Shown here one piece after another: positions 63,387 through 64,000 of a stretch of DNA of 64,000 nt. Under the pieces are notes generated by a model, which made no database searches, was not told where the DNA came from, and saw nothing but the letters and a program-made list of their open reading frames with translations. The translations under genes were made by a program, and so were the position numbers. How positions within the stretch are numbered: the stretch's first letter is position 1; the number at the start of each line of letters is the position of its first letter. This DNA comes from Octopus sinensis (lineage: Eukaryota): positions 164,362,001 through 164,426,000 of the forward strand of contig NC_042997.1 in the NCBI RefSeq assembly GCF_006345805.1. Direction: 5' to 3'.

Positions 63387-64000
63387 ATACCTAGAACACT
63401 ATAATAGATGAACGTTGTTTTCATCTTGGATGTTTGAGCTTTCTTTACCAGTTCCAGCTCATTATAACTGGAATTTCTGCTACAACTATTGTTAGTTGCA
63501 GTCACTCGACCAAAGGCCCAAATATTAGATTCATTTTCATCTCCCCTCCCCTTATAAATATATGTAGACTTATTTTGTTGTTTAGTTTTATATCTTGTGA
63601 AATTGGTTTAGTTCCTTTAGTTTGAAACAATGTGTTCTTGTTCTTATAAGTTTTATGTAAATCATTTTGCAGGTTTCCTAAAAACAGGCTTGTTCCCTTT
63701 ATTGAGGGCAAAAGGCAGTGTTTTGTCAAGGTCTTTTAATTACAGGTGTAGTTAAAATCTATTGTTATTTGTTTCTTCTGGCATAAAATTCCCTTATTAC
63801 TGAAGCTGCATGTTTCCGGTTTGTGAATTAGTAATTAAGTGAATAAGACTGTGCAAACAATCCATTCTGTATCACACAGTGTGTGATGGTTTATTCTCAG
63901 TAGGCTGTAACTCTTTTATTTTTGCTTATGAAAATGCCATATGTATTTTTACATAGGTGAAATTAGCTCCTTTATACAGTTGTTAATTAACCTTTTGTTA

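Noticed and set aside
63050-63505. 151-aa Thr/Pro-rich minus-strand ORF
   Set aside because: Antisense shadow of the Gly-rich last DHX9 exon.

Overview
AT-rich eukaryotic genomic DNA. The SINE, MITE and microsatellite content looks like an octopus (cephalopod) genome; this is inferred from repeat families only. The window holds an apparently complete + strand DHX9 gene (RNA helicase A / maleless): 30 coding exons, 18939-63376, 3684 nt, 1227 aa, with dsRBD1, dsRBD2, DEIH helicase core, HA2/OB and an RGG tail. Candidate non-coding first exons lie near 8.3 kb and 11.9 kb, and a tentative divergent minus-strand transcript starts near 7.6-7.8 kb. Repeats include a decayed mariner, a decayed piggyBac-like element with related TTAA MITEs, a hAT-type MITE, a Helitron-like element, RTE fragments and many SINEs. 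Main result: the 14.2-kb intron that splits dsRBD2 (31356-45579) is nearly free of SINEs. It contains a candidate frameshifting 85-nt poison exon (40155-40239, CAG|GTAAGT donor) enclosed by nested long-range complementary segments: 33.5-33.7 kb with 40.24-40.42 kb, 35.65-35.72 kb with 40.12-40.23 kb, and 35.78-35.81 kb with 39.20-39.22 kb. This suggests a multi-kilobase RNA-structure switch coupling a dsRNA helicase to NMD of its own transcript. From memory, it is the same intron that carries the human DHX9 poison exon 6A. The complementarity is seen directly; the function is inference.
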